Source of the DNA: a virus
Lineage: Duplodnaviria; Caudoviricetes
Length of the DNA: 52,890 nt
Reading direction: 5' to 3' (one strand)
Virus record (IMG/VR): IMGVR_UViG_3300033412_000021
Span: 1-52,890 of that record
Shown here: positions 1 to 8,582 of the stretch, piece after piece
How the letters are laid out: every line of letters begins with the position of its first letter
Position numbering within the stretch: position 1 is the stretch's first letter
Notes under the pieces: generated by a model
Database searches by the model: none
Told to the model about the DNA's origin: nothing
The model's input: only the letters and a program-made list of their open reading frames with translations
Position numbers and translations under genes: made by a program

Positions 1-127
1 TTTGCGCAGGTAGACGGCACAGTGCATACCCTTTTGAAGATCAACAGGGATGCGACTGGGTTGCACTGGACCAACAGGCAGTTGCCAGAACCCTGGGGGA
101 GGGGTAACGTGGGGGGCGTGGTACTTG
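1..127 (+). repeat. Left inverted terminal repeat (127 bp)
   Basis: 1-127 is the exact reverse complement of 52764-52890; first mismatch at position 128. Confidence 0.97.
82..110 (+). promoter_or_regulatory. SigA/HrdB-like promoter inside the terminal repeat (mirror copy at 52781-52809, - strand)
   Basis: TTGCCA-N17-TAACGT, pointing into each arm, whose genes are co-oriented with it. Confidence 0.7.
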
Positions 128-378
128 ACCTGGAAGAGACTGCACGAGCGATGCTCGTAGACATCCCGGCGTGGATCAGCGAACCCGACGACCCACTGGA
201 GCGGCTGCGTCGCAGCGACGCCGCCTACGTGGCAGTGGCCGAGCTGATCCGTCTCATCGGCGCCGAGGGCCTGCGCGGACACGCAGCCCGCGACCTTGTG
301 CACGACCACGGCCTGGACAAGGCGGCGGCACTGGCCGGGTACACACTGCCGACGATGCGGCGCGTCGCGTGGAAGTAG
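118..378 (+). CDS. Hypothetical protein, possible C-terminal HTH; probable leaderless GTG start
   Basis: In-frame GTG 7 nt after the -10 box; C-terminal LDKAAALAGYTLPTMRR. Confidence 0.55.
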   Translation: MVLDLEETARAMLVDIPAWISEPDDPLERLRRSDAAYVAVAELIRLIGAEGLRGHAARDLVHDHGLDKAAALAGYTLPTMRRVAWK

Positions 379-698
379 ACCTCACCGATGAAGAGGTGGC
401 GCAGATCCGTGGCATCCTCGCGACCGTGTCCCACCGGGCCCAGTTGAACGTTGAACTAGAACGGCTGGACTTCGACTACAACGTCTTGAGGATCCTCGTC
501 AACACGCAGCGGCGCAGGCTGAAGAAGAACCACTACAACGACGAAGGCTTCCAGGAGTTGTCCCGGATCACCGGCCTGAGCGGCACAGCGCTGCGCAAGT
601 TCTGCCACGGAACCAGTACGCCCACCGTGAGGACAGTGATACGCCTGATGGCGTGGGTGGGTTACTCCGATTTGGAGGACTTCCTCACAGAGGAGTAG
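369..698 (+). CDS. XRE-type HTH DNA-binding protein
   Basis: FQELSRITGLSGTALRKFCHGTSTPTVRTVIRLMAWVG. Confidence 0.7.
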   Translation: MEVDLTDEEVAQIRGILATVSHRAQLNVELERLDFDYNVLRILVNTQRRRLKKNHYNDEGFQELSRITGLSGTALRKFCHGTSTPTVRTVIRLMAWVGYSDLEDFLTEE

Positions 699-838
699 GA
701 AATGTCTGATTCTTTAGGCCCCTGGGATGAGTCCTGGGGGCCTTGGCTTACCCCGGCCGACTGTATCGGCCCCGAGTTCATCATCCGGGGGATGTGGTAC
801 ACTTCCCCTATGACAACTAAGGGGAAGGGGGGAGAGCA

Positions 839-1018
839 GTGCAAGACAGGCCACGACTCATCCAAGTCGACAGCCGACGACGCATCAGCCTCGGCTGGAC
901 CAAACTAACCGCCGACTTCTACACCGTCACCGTCGAATCCGACGGCGTCATCATCCTCACGCCGGTCCGAATGTCCAAAGTCGGCGTCACCGTAGACCCG
1001 GAAGCCGAAGATGAGTGA
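839..1018 (+). CDS. AbrB/MazE-like small DNA-binding protein (59 aa, not in ORF track)
   Basis: RBS GGAGAG plus GTG; VDSRRRISLG...FYTVTVESDGVIILTP swapped-hairpin pattern. Confidence 0.6.
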   Translation: MQDRPRLIQVDSRRRISLGWTKLTADFYTVTVESDGVIILTPVRMSKVGVTVDPEAEDE

Positions 1019-1397
1019 CCCCAACAAAATCTACATTGGACAACCCGGGCACATGCGCCTCGAAATCGCCTGCGCCCTCATACACCACGCCTACGGGCCC
1101 TGCTATCTCGTCGGACGCTGCCTCACCCACCGCGACTACCGCCACGTCGACATCCGCGTCATCCTCGACGACCAGGCCTTCCTCGCCGAGTTCGGTGTTC
1201 CCTACGAGACGGCCCGCCACACACCGCGCTGGCTATGCCTCAGCGTCGGGCTCAGCGCCTACGTGGCGCAGGCAACCGGGCTGCCAGTCGACTTGCAGAT
1301 CCAGTCACAAACATGGTCCGACCTGTGGTTCGCCGATGAACGCCGGGTGCCGGTCGGAAACCCGATCACAGCAGAGGGAGGTCAGAGCGATGTTTGA
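1011..1397 (+). CDS. Pol-beta-type nucleotidyltransferase-like protein with degenerate motif
   Basis: CYLVGRCL...YRHVDIRVIL and PVDLQIQ resemble hhGS...DxD...D. Confidence 0.65.
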   Translation: MSDPNKIYIGQPGHMRLEIACALIHHAYGPCYLVGRCLTHRDYRHVDIRVILDDQAFLAEFGVPYETARHTPRWLCLSVGLSAYVAQATGLPVDLQIQSQTWSDLWFADERRVPVGNPITAEGGQSDV

Positions 1398-1743
1398 GTC
1401 AGCCGCTGAACTGCGGGCCGCCGCGCAACGGCTGCGGACCCTCGCCGAGGCCGCCACGCCGGGCCCGTGGACCCTTCACGAGACCAGCACGCTCTACATG
1501 AGCGGCAAAGCTGCGTACCTCCTCCGCCGGGACGGCAAGCCCGGTCCGATTGTTGACCTCACCAGTCACCAGGGAGACGCCGAGCTGATCGCCGCCATGC
1601 ACCCCGGCGTCGCCCTGGCCCTCGCCGCGCTGCTGGACAGCTACGCAGGTGTCTTACTCGAAGAGGCTGATGCGGGCACCAACGTCGAGGTTGTCTACCG
1701 TGAGGAGCTTGCCCTTGCACGGCTCGTGCTGGAGGCGAAATGA
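1390..1743 (+). CDS. Ead/Ea22-like phage protein
   Basis: LAEAATPGPW...DAELIAAMHP motif; RBS GGGAGG. Confidence 0.65.
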   Translation: MFESAAELRAAAQRLRTLAEAATPGPWTLHETSTLYMSGKAAYLLRRDGKPGPIVDLTSHQGDAELIAAMHPGVALALAALLDSYAGVLLEEADAGTNVEVVYREELALARLVLEAK

Positions 1744-2015
1744 GTGACTACAAGCACCACGTGTCTTTCGAACCGTTTACCCAACGCGATGGGTACGTCT
1801 GGCGGGCAAAGGTACACATCGTCCGTCGTATGGTGTGGCCCCGGTCGGGACGGGAGCATCTCTACGAGAACACCATCGACCTTGGCTGGTACTGGAGCCA
1901 GAGGAAGGCATGGGTGCGAGTCCTCGCCTATCGCGACAGCGCCGAACGGATCAGTCGACTCGCTGGCCACATCGTCGAACGGGAACCTCATGAGCAAGAA
2001 GACCCGGCTGCGTAG
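1740..2015 (+). CDS. Hypothetical protein
   Basis: ATGA overlap with the upstream gene; RBS GGAGG. Confidence 0.55.
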   Translation: MSDYKHHVSFEPFTQRDGYVWRAKVHIVRRMVWPRSGREHLYENTIDLGWYWSQRKAWVRVLAYRDSAERISRLAGHIVEREPHEQEDPAA

Positions 2016-2142
2016 GCACCGGACCGGCAACCCGTGCTTCTGCTGCAACCAGGACATGCCAGCCGACTACCCATGGATGATCTGCGACGACTGTTGCCCC
2101 CCACCGGGGTCGATCAAGCGGGTCGGCAGGAAGGAGGGATAG
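1990..2142 (+). CDS. Small Cys-rich putative zinc-binding protein
   Basis: CFCC...CDDCC; fills the gap between neighbouring genes. Confidence 0.45.
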   Translation: MSKKTRLRRHRTGNPCFCCNQDMPADYPWMICDDCCPPPGSIKRVGRKEG

Positions 2143-2577
2143 ATGTTCAAGATCCACAGTTATGTGCTGTACACCCAGTGGAGGGGCGCAACCAATGAAC
2201 GCGGCTACGTCGTAGCTCCGTACACCCAGCCCTTCAGCCGGTGGCTGATTGCCAAGGCATACAGCTGGTACGACATGAAGATCCAAAAGATCCCCGGCTA
2301 CCAGCTGGCGGGGTTCTTGCACATGTACTGGCACGCCCGGGTCCTGCGGACCCCGCCCGATGACTACATGCCCCTGTCGGTGTTGCAGGACCTGAAGTGC
2401 TTCTACCTAAGCCGCAAGGGACGCGTGGAACTACGGGGGGCGGAGATCAGCGGCGACGACTACAAGAAGCTCGGCGGCCACCACCTATGGAGAGAGGACA
2501 ATGAAGACGCAGAAGGACCCGATGGGGGACCGGTTCAAGAGGTACGAGGCGGCGACCCAGCAGCTCCTACCCCGTAG
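2143..2577 (+). CDS. Hypothetical protein
   Basis: RBS GGAGGG; abuts the previous stop. Confidence 0.55.
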   Translation: MFKIHSYVLYTQWRGATNERGYVVAPYTQPFSRWLIAKAYSWYDMKIQKIPGYQLAGFLHMYWHARVLRTPPDDYMPLSVLQDLKCFYLSRKGRVELRGAEISGDDYKKLGGHHLWREDNEDAEGPDGGPVQEVRGGDPAAPTP

Positions 2578-3349
2578 GACCTACACGATCATGCGCCTGG
2601 ACGGCAAAGCGTTCCACACCGTCACTGCGGGCATGGACAAACCGTTCGACGAGAACCTGGCCTGGGTGATGGACCAGGTGGCAAGGATGCTCGCAGCTGA
2701 GGTCCAAGGCACCGTGTTCGGCTACACCCAGTCCGACGAGATCAGCCTCCTGCTCCAAGACTTCGAATCAATCGGCACCGAACCCTGGTTCGACGGCAAC
2801 GTCCAGAAGATGACCTCCATCTCGGCGGCCATCGCCTCCGTCCGCTTCAACGGGTTCGGACTCAGCACCCAGCGCAGCACGGCGTACTTCGACTCCCGGG
2901 TCTTCACCATCAGCGACCCCGTTGAGGTGGCGAACTACTTCATCTGGCGCCAACGAGACGCCGTCCGCAACTCCATCCTCGCGCTGGCCCAGGCACAGTT
3001 CGGGCCGAAGCGAGTCCACGGCGTCAACACAACCGACCTGCTGCACATGCTCAACGATGAAGGCGTCCACTGGACGGAGATGCCCGGCCGGTTCACCCAC
3101 GGGGCCCAGGTCATCAAGTACGAATACTACGTAGACCCGATCCCCCCAGCTCGGGAGGCAGCGATCCGGACCGGCTGGCTGACCGAGGCAGTCGACGATG
3201 CTTGGACGGTGAACCATCTGATGCCGCTGATTCCGCAGCTACATGGCGGGGAGGACACCGAAGGTGAAGATCGCCAAAGCGACCCCGAGCCAGCCAAGAG
3301 CCACCCGGGAGCCGACACCGAACGCGGCCAGGCCGCAGAGGATCGCTGA
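2501..3349 (+). CDS. thg1: tRNA(His) guanylyltransferase Thg1-like protein (TLP, 3'-5' polymerase)
   Basis: RLDGKAFH, KPFD, YTQSDEISLL, WFDGNVQK, FDSRVF and YFIWRQRDAVRNSI are Thg1 family motifs. Confidence 0.92.
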   Translation: MKTQKDPMGDRFKRYEAATQQLLPRRTYTIMRLDGKAFHTVTAGMDKPFDENLAWVMDQVARMLAAEVQGTVFGYTQSDEISLLLQDFESIGTEPWFDGNVQKMTSISAAIASVRFNGFGLSTQRSTAYFDSRVFTISDPVEVANYFIWRQRDAVRNSILALAQAQFGPKRVHGVNTTDLLHMLNDEGVHWTEMPGRFTHGAQVIKYEYYVDPIPPAREAAIRTGWLTEAVDDAWTVNHLMPLIPQLHGGEDTEGEDRQSDPEPAKSHPGADTERGQAAEDR

Positions 3350-3411
3350 CGCGAGGTAGAGCACCGTAGACAGGCCCATAGTGGCCTGTCTACCCATAGA
3401 GAGGAGAAACG

Positions 3412-3558
3412 ATGCGCCATGCCCTGACGTTTGCCGTGGGCCTTGGGGGACTGATCATCGGAGGGATCAGCTACGCCCGTAACAAGAGCGCCATAGGCGC
3501 CCTTCTGGTGTATGCCAGTGCCGCCCTAGTGGCCTTGGCCCTTCCGATCTGGGGCTGA
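3412..3558 (+). CDS. Small 2-TM membrane protein (48 aa, not in ORF track)
   Basis: RBS GAGGAG; MRHALTFAVGLGGLIIGG...IGALLVYASAALVALALPIWG. Confidence 0.55.
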   Translation: MRHALTFAVGLGGLIIGGISYARNKSAIGALLVYASAALVALALPIWG

Positions 3559-3559
3559 G

Positions 3560-3853
3560 ATGAACCACTGGCGCACAGACAGCTGGCAGCAAGACGGTTG
3601 GACCCGCGTTCAGTACACCTGCACCAAATGCGGGCTTCGGTTCGAATACTTCCAGGCAGGGGTTAGTTCCAAGTGGCTGATTAGCCGCCGCGAGGAACAC
3701 GAGAAAGAGTGCTGGGAGCCAGAACCTCGGTGCGCGTTCGTCCTCCACCCCGACGCCGTCCCGGTGCTTCGCTGCGGACTGGCGGCCGGGCATCCGGAAG
3801 GCCCCCAGTACGACTGGTTCACTGACTACAACGGGCACGTAATAGAGAGGTAG
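3560..3853 (+). CDS. Putative zinc-binding protein
   Basis: CTKC, HEKEC and CGLAAGH motifs. Confidence 0.55.
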   Translation: MNHWRTDSWQQDGWTRVQYTCTKCGLRFEYFQAGVSSKWLISRREEHEKECWEPEPRCAFVLHPDAVPVLRCGLAAGHPEGPQYDWFTDYNGHVIER

Positions 3854-3858
3854 AGAGC

Positions 3859-4230
3859 ATGTTCTGGACAAGACGGAAGGTTGTCGAGGCCCCGGTTCCC
3901 CTACGGGAGACGCCAAGACCGGACCCGCCAAGACCGGACCCGGAGACGGTCGAGATCGAAGAGAAGATTTACCGGATTTATCTGGATTGGGACACTCCTC
4001 CCGAGTGGCAGATCGTGGCCAGCGGCTACACGTGGGACACCTTTTCTGAGCAGGCCATGTTCTACGTGATCAACAAGTACCGCTGGGAGAGGGCCCAGCA
4101 CCCCGGATCGGATGCTATCCACTGGTACAAGCACTCCGGTCCGCATGAGCTGCTCCTCAGTATTCGCAGCTCAGACATCAAGGCGATCGAGGTCATAGGC
4201 GCACAGACCCGAGAGATTCCCTGCGAGTAG
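3859..4230 (+). CDS. Hypothetical protein
   Basis: RBS GAGG; contiguous + strand operon. Confidence 0.55.
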   Translation: MFWTRRKVVEAPVPLRETPRPDPPRPDPETVEIEEKIYRIYLDWDTPPEWQIVASGYTWDTFSEQAMFYVINKYRWERAQHPGSDAIHWYKHSGPHELLLSIRSSDIKAIEVIGAQTREIPCE

Positions 4231-4236
4231 GTGCCC

Positions 4237-4265
4237 TTGCTTCCACCCCCGCCCCGGGGTAAAGT
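4237..4265 (+). promoter_or_regulatory. SigA-like promoter for a leaderless gene at 4272
   Basis: TTGCTT-N17-TAAAGT, then 6 nt, then GTG. Confidence 0.65.
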
Positions 4266-4271
4266 GGGGAC

Positions 4272-4508
4272 GTGGAAGACCCTGAAGCTCAAACCCGAGA
4301 CCGCATCGATCGGGGCAGACGCGACATCAGAATGAGCATGCGTACCTACGCCGAATGGGCGCGGATAGCAGCCGTCACGATTCGGGAAGAACTCGTCGAG
4401 GGTGCCGAACCCGACACCCTCGACGACGCCTTCCGCGAACTGCGCAACAACGCAGCGACCCTCATGTCCCTGCTCGACCGCTACGAAGCCCTGAAAGACC
4501 TCGGATGA
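4272..4508 (+). CDS. Hypothetical protein
   Basis: Leaderless start after the promoter; helical ORF. Confidence 0.6.
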   Translation: MEDPEAQTRDRIDRGRRDIRMSMRTYAEWARIAAVTIREELVEGAEPDTLDDAFRELRNNAATLMSLLDRYEALKDLG

Positions 4509-4795
4509 TCGACCCAGGCACCAGAGCCCGCCTTCGGCTCATCGAAGGCCATGCCACCGTCAACGGCCGCGACCTGTTCGAAGACCTCGACCGGGCCAAG
4601 CTCCTGGCCACCCAGGAACGACTCACCGAAGCCCAGATCTTCGCCCTGCACTCTGCTCTTCAGCAGCTGGCGGAACAGCCGACACAGGCCATCGTCAACC
4701 TTGGCGGCGGCCAGAACACCGCAGCTGATGCACACCGGGGAGCTGTCGAGTTCCTCAACTTCATCATCAGCCAGTTCGAACGGAGAGGTAGATGA
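4505..4795 (+). CDS. Hypothetical protein
   Basis: ATGA overlaps at both ends. Confidence 0.6.
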   Translation: MIDPGTRARLRLIEGHATVNGRDLFEDLDRAKLLATQERLTEAQIFALHSALQQLAEQPTQAIVNLGGGQNTAADAHRGAVEFLNFIISQFERRGR

Positions 4796-4986
4796 ACAAC
4801 GACCTGCGCAACATCTTCTTCGTCGCCGTCATGGCAGTCCTGGCCCTGGTGGCGGCGTACAAGGCACGCAACAACCACGAGGCACGGCACACGCCCGTCG
4901 CTGTCGGCAGCCGTTACGGCCGGTCCGTCGGCCAGATCCAGCGCCGCCTCGAAACGGAGCGGCTGCTCCTGGCCACCTGGAACTAG
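4792..4986 (+). CDS. Small membrane-anchored protein
   Basis: Hydrophobic IFFVAVMAVLALVAAY; RBS GAGG. Confidence 0.55.
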   Translation: MNNDLRNIFFVAVMAVLALVAAYKARNNHEARHTPVAVGSRYGRSVGQIQRRLETERLLLATWN

Positions 4987-4993
4987 GACCAGC

Positions 4994-5173
4994 ATGGGCG
5001 TAGACACGAAACGCAAACTCGACCCACCATGCCAGCGGTGCGGGGAAGAATCGTCAGAAGAGTGCCACCGATGCGGTCGCACCCTATGCGTCGAATGTCT
5101 AGGTTGTCACATGGCTACCGTTACGTTCGGTTTCCGCTACGAAACCCTGACAGGAGTTCCCTGTGGTGGATAG
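4994..5173 (+). CDS. Small B-box-like zinc-finger protein (59 aa, not in ORF track)
   Basis: CQRC...CHRC...LCVEC..CH. Confidence 0.5.
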   Translation: MGVDTKRKLDPPCQRCGEESSEECHRCGRTLCVECLGCHMATVTFGFRYETLTGVPCGG

Positions 5174-5480
5174 AAGCGACCTGTACTGCGACACCTGCCC
5201 CAATCGGTTCGCCGATCGGGGTGGACAGGCAGTAACAGACGAGTACGCCCGCGCTGCCGGATGGCACATCTACCGGGGACCGTCCATTGTGGACAGTCTC
5301 GTAAAATTGACCAAGGCGCTATGTCCCGAATGCATGGGAACATCTCGAACCCGGGGCGAAAAGATCATGAATCTTCAGGGCCAGCTTGACCTGGCGGACG
5401 TGTTCTTCTTCGTCGTAGATCAGGCGCCGAAGCCTAAGCCCCAGCCGAAAGGCAAGAGGAGGAAGGAAGGAATCAATTGA
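5163..5480 (+). CDS. Zinc-ribbon protein
   Basis: LYCDTC...ARAAGW...LCPEC. Confidence 0.55.
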   Translation: MVDRSDLYCDTCPNRFADRGGQAVTDEYARAAGWHIYRGPSIVDSLVKLTKALCPECMGTSRTRGEKIMNLQGQLDLADVFFFVVDQAPKPKPQPKGKRRKEGIN

Positions 5481-5641
5481 CCTGGCTCCAAGAACGACAG
5501 GAAAGGAGCGGGATCAGGAGCGCCTACGGCCTATCTGAGCGGTCGCTTCAGGTTTTGCAACTGGAACTCCTGGACCAAATCCACGAACGACTCATCGAAA
5601 TCCATGACCTGCTCCGCGACGGGAAGGAGGACCCGCAGTGA
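5477..5641 (+). CDS. Small coiled-coil protein (not in ORF track)
   Basis: TTGA and GTGA overlaps with its neighbours; LQLELLDQIHERLIEIHDLL. Confidence 0.45.
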   Translation: MTWLQERQERSGIRSAYGLSERSLQVLQLELLDQIHERLIEIHDLLRDGKEDPQ

Positions 5642-5970
5642 ACTACGCCGAACAGTCCAGGCGGTACTACGAACTTGCTGAGCAGGAAGAACTCGCCGCC
5701 AACTGGCGCAAGGACCAGATCATCCACCAGGAACAGTCCCGGCTGGAGAACATGCGCCAGTGGAACCCGCTCATGCGCGACAACGTGCGGTTCCGGGCGT
5801 ACCTCGAAGCTCGCATCAGCGCCGCCGTGGAGCGAGACGAGGAGTACAAGAGCCACATCGGCATGCAGCAGCACTACCTACGCAAGTCTGACGCGGCGGC
5901 GAACCAGGCGTACCTGCACGGACACACCCTCGTGTTCGAGTCTGAGCTTGAAGACGGGGCGAGCGAGTGA
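5638..5970 (+). CDS. Hypothetical protein
   Basis: RBS GGAGG; GTGA overlaps. Confidence 0.6.
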   Translation: MNYAEQSRRYYELAEQEELAANWRKDQIIHQEQSRLENMRQWNPLMRDNVRFRAYLEARISAAVERDEEYKSHIGMQQHYLRKSDAAANQAYLHGHTLVFESELEDGASE

Positions 5971-6221
5971 AGAGGTGCCTCGTTCGCCGTAACGACAGAG
6001 AAACCCAGCGCACCCTCGGCTGGCGGTTGTACCTGAGGCGACCGTGGGTGTGGTTCTGGGGCCCACGGTTCTACGGCATGGAGTGGCATCACGTCACCAA
6101 GGACGTGGTTTACGGCCCATACCTGCGCCGATTGACCAAGTTCGAACGCTACGCTTTCCGCCACGGAGTTACACACCTGAGCCGCATCGAGATGGAAAGG
6201 AGTGACGATGTCCAACGATGA
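5967..6221 (+). CDS. Hypothetical protein
   Basis: GTGA overlap within the operon. Confidence 0.45.
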   Translation: MKRCLVRRNDRETQRTLGWRLYLRRPWVWFWGPRFYGMEWHHVTKDVVYGPYLRRLTKFERYAFRHGVTHLSRIEMERSDDVQR

Positions 6222-6594
6222 TGGCACCGAGATCGACCTGAAGAACCACCGAGACCTGGTCAAGGCGTACTTCAACGCGAAAGAACTCCAGCGGTTACAT
6301 GAAGGAGAAGCCGAAAAGTACGCCAAAGCCGCCCGTGACATCGCCGACAAGGCCCTGGCCAAAGTGTTCGGCGACGCCACCGACGGCTACCTCGACGGGA
6401 AGCTGGTCCTGCGACGCCGACAGACGACACAGTTCGCCTCGGCTAGATTCGCGAAGGACTACCCGGACCTGGCCAAAGAGTTCGAGGAAGCCGAGCTGAA
6501 ATACGTGATCGACACGGGCGCCTTGGAGTTGGCCGAGCCGGACCTGTACAAGAAGTACCTCACCACCCGCTGGTACGACACCCCGGACGGATGA
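6208..6594 (+). CDS. Hypothetical phage protein
   Basis: RBS AAGGAG; FASARFAKDYPDL and LELAEPDLYKKY internal repeat-like motifs. Confidence 0.6.
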   Translation: MSNDDGTEIDLKNHRDLVKAYFNAKELQRLHEGEAEKYAKAARDIADKALAKVFGDATDGYLDGKLVLRRRQTTQFASARFAKDYPDLAKEFEEAELKYVIDTGALELAEPDLYKKYLTTRWYDTPDG

Positions 6595-6779
6595 TGATTC
6601 TCTTCGACGAACCGATGAACTGGCAGTGCTGGCGCTGTAAGCGGGTTGTGTCCGGCACTGCCGAAGACGTCGCCGAGCATCTGCTGCGTCGCCACGGATA
6701 CGCTGCCGCCAGGTGGCCCGATGGGGGGCTCGTCGTCGACATGTCCGAAGTACCCGAGCTACTGGAGGAGGAACGATGA
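6591..6779 (+). CDS. Small C2H2-like zinc-finger protein
   Basis: CWRC...HLLRRH; ATGA overlaps. Confidence 0.55.
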   Translation: MMILFDEPMNWQCWRCKRVVSGTAEDVAEHLLRRHGYAAARWPDGGLVVDMSEVPELLEEER

Positions 6780-7093
6780 GTGAGCACATGATCTTCCTGA
6801 CACATGAGGATCGCAGGATCAAGGAACTGGAGACTGAGAACACCCGCCTTCACCTGGAGATTGCCCAGCTCAAGGGGGAACTAGCCACATACAAGCGAGG
6901 CGAGCGGCATGTGGTCGAGCTGCGGGAAGACGGCTGGACGATCCAGCATCCGCTGTCCTGCCGTCCCAACCTGTTCGACTGCATCGTGAACTTCGCTGCA
7001 CGTGAATGGGAAGAAGTGCGACAGCACCCCCACGGGAGGTTCTATTGCACCGTGGACGCCGGAGACTTGATCATCCAGGAAGAAGTCAGCTGA
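6776..7093 (+). CDS. Hypothetical protein
   Basis: RBS GGAGGAGG; HVVELREDGWTIQHPLSCR. Confidence 0.6.
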   Translation: MSEHMIFLTHEDRRIKELETENTRLHLEIAQLKGELATYKRGERHVVELREDGWTIQHPLSCRPNLFDCIVNFAAREWEEVRQHPHGRFYCTVDAGDLIIQEEVS

Positions 7094-7638
7094 TGCCACC
7101 GGGAGCTAAGGCGCTGAAGGTCTGCAAGGACTGCCTGGCCGAGTACCAGAAAGCCCAGGACGCCTGGACGAACCAGTACTGGATACACCCTGAAGCTGTT
7201 GAGCCGAAGCTCCCGAAGCGTGTAGCAGACAAGCCCGGCCCCCGATGCGCGACCCACTGGAGATCTGCACATAAGCAACAAAGAGAACGAGCCCACGAAA
7301 CTCGGACACAACGGGTCTTTGGGTTAGAACCAGGAGAGTATGGTGCTCTCCTGGCATATCAAGGGGGGACCTGTGCTATCCCACGGTGCCCAGCCAAAGG
7401 CGTGGTTCGACGCCTGGCCGTTGATCATAATCACGCTACTGGCGCTGTACGCGGGCTACTTTGCTCCCCCCACAACCGGCTCATCGGGCAGTCCTTCGAC
7501 GACCCGCAAGTGTTCGAAGGGATTGCCGAGTATCTGAGGAACCCACCCTACGAGAGGATGAGGAATGCCGAGCACCAAGAGCAAGCAGATCGTCCGGATG
7601 AAACCCCGGAACATCATCGGCACGAAGCCAGCGACTGA
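7093..7638 (+). CDS. Recombination endonuclease VII family protein
   Basis: YGALLAYQGGTCAI..C...LAVDHNHATGAVRGLLCSPHNRLIG. Confidence 0.88.
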   Translation: MPPGAKALKVCKDCLAEYQKAQDAWTNQYWIHPEAVEPKLPKRVADKPGPRCATHWRSAHKQQRERAHETRTQRVFGLEPGEYGALLAYQGGTCAIPRCPAKGVVRRLAVDHNHATGAVRGLLCSPHNRLIGQSFDDPQVFEGIAEYLRNPPYERMRNAEHQEQADRPDETPEHHRHEASD

Positions 7639-7780
7639 GATCCAAAGGGCCCAGCACCAAACCGCCGCATTCGTCTACGACCTTGCCCTGGAAGGGGGCG
7701 AGGACGCCGAAGAGGCCATGAAAGAGGTCCTGGATATGCTCGGCATCCGCGCCTGCGTTGACGAGGAGTGCTGCCCGTGA
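7565..7780 (+). CDS. Hypothetical protein
   Basis: RBS GAGG; operon position. Confidence 0.45.
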   Translation: MPSTKSKQIVRMKPRNIIGTKPATEIQRAQHQTAAFVYDLALEGGEDAEEAMKEVLDMLGIRACVDEECCP

Positions 7781-8046
7781 CCATGGACGAAGAGGACGGA
7801 ATCAAAGTCCGGATCAAACATGTAGGCGACGAGTTCTGGATCAACGCCCGAGAGATGATCGACTACCTCAACCAGATCGCTGTCACATCCGAGCAGCTTG
7901 CCGATGAAATCGGTCCCCGTGATCCGTTGCGCGGAGTTGGCTACCTTGCCTGCGCCGAGAAGTTCGGAACACTGGCCCAGGCTATGGACCTGTGTCTCAT
8001 CGAAGCAGCCTCCGGCACGGTCACCGAGGAAGACAAGGAAGAATAG
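7777..8046 (+). CDS. Hypothetical protein
   Basis: RBS GAGGAG; GTGA overlap. Confidence 0.55.
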   Translation: MTMDEEDGIKVRIKHVGDEFWINAREMIDYLNQIAVTSEQLADEIGPRDPLRGVGYLACAEKFGTLAQAMDLCLIEAASGTVTEEDKEE

Positions 8047-8300
8047 TGGTCAAGTCTCGCATCTATGCACAAATCGAAACCCAGCCTGAGATCTACCAGA
8101 TCGCAGAAATCGAATACGACGGAAGCGAATTCAGCACAGCAACAACCCTCCCGGACGGAATCGCCTACGTCACCGAATCCATCCTCGAACTTCTCCAAGA
8201 GATCTACCAGGTCGCAGGAGAGATGCGGCTAAACGGCGCCACGGGCGGAGAACGCTCGGATGGCGACACCAGCACCGGACACATTCAGCAGCAGTTGTGA
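8046..8300 (+). CDS. Hypothetical protein (last gene of the left arm)
   Basis: TAGTG overlap; converges on the structural operon. Confidence 0.45.
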   Translation: MVKSRIYAQIETQPEIYQIAEIEYDGSEFSTATTLPDGIAYVTESILELLQEIYQVAGEMRLNGATGGERSDGDTSTGHIQQQL

Positions 8301-8582
8301 CCCGTACGCCGACACTGGAAACACCCCAGTGAAGTAGGTCCCGTTGCTGGGCAGCGGATACGTCCGGTCCGACACCACCAGATCCAGGTCGAACCCGGAC
8401 GGGATGTCCAACGTCACCGTCCGGGCCACGCCGCCGGTGAGGACCAGCTCCAGCCACGTGTAGCCGTCGTTCGGGGCGACGTTGCCGTTGGTGACGTCCA
8501 TGTTGACCGGCGGAGCTGTCGTTGATGTCGTCAACGCGAACCGGCTCACCGGATACACCGCCAGCACAGTCCTGCTAGCCAT
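8229..8582 (-). CDS. Small beta-rich protein, possibly virion-associated
   Basis: RBS GGAG; DVTNGNVAPNDG...GVFPVSAYGSQL. Confidence 0.6.
   Translation of the reverse strand: MASRTVLAVYPVSRFALTTSTTAPPVNMDVTNGNVAPNDGYTWLELVLTGGVARTVTLDIPSGFDLDLVVSDRTYPLPSNGTYFTGVFPVSAYGSQLLLNVSGAGVAIRAFSARGAV

Noticed and set aside
22-117. Shared N-termini of ORFs 22-378 and 52648-52869
   Set aside because: They arise from the inverted repeat and lie upstream of the predicted transcription start
702-908. 68-aa ORF
   Set aside because: No motif, and it overlaps the better-supported AbrB-like ORF at 839; left uncalled
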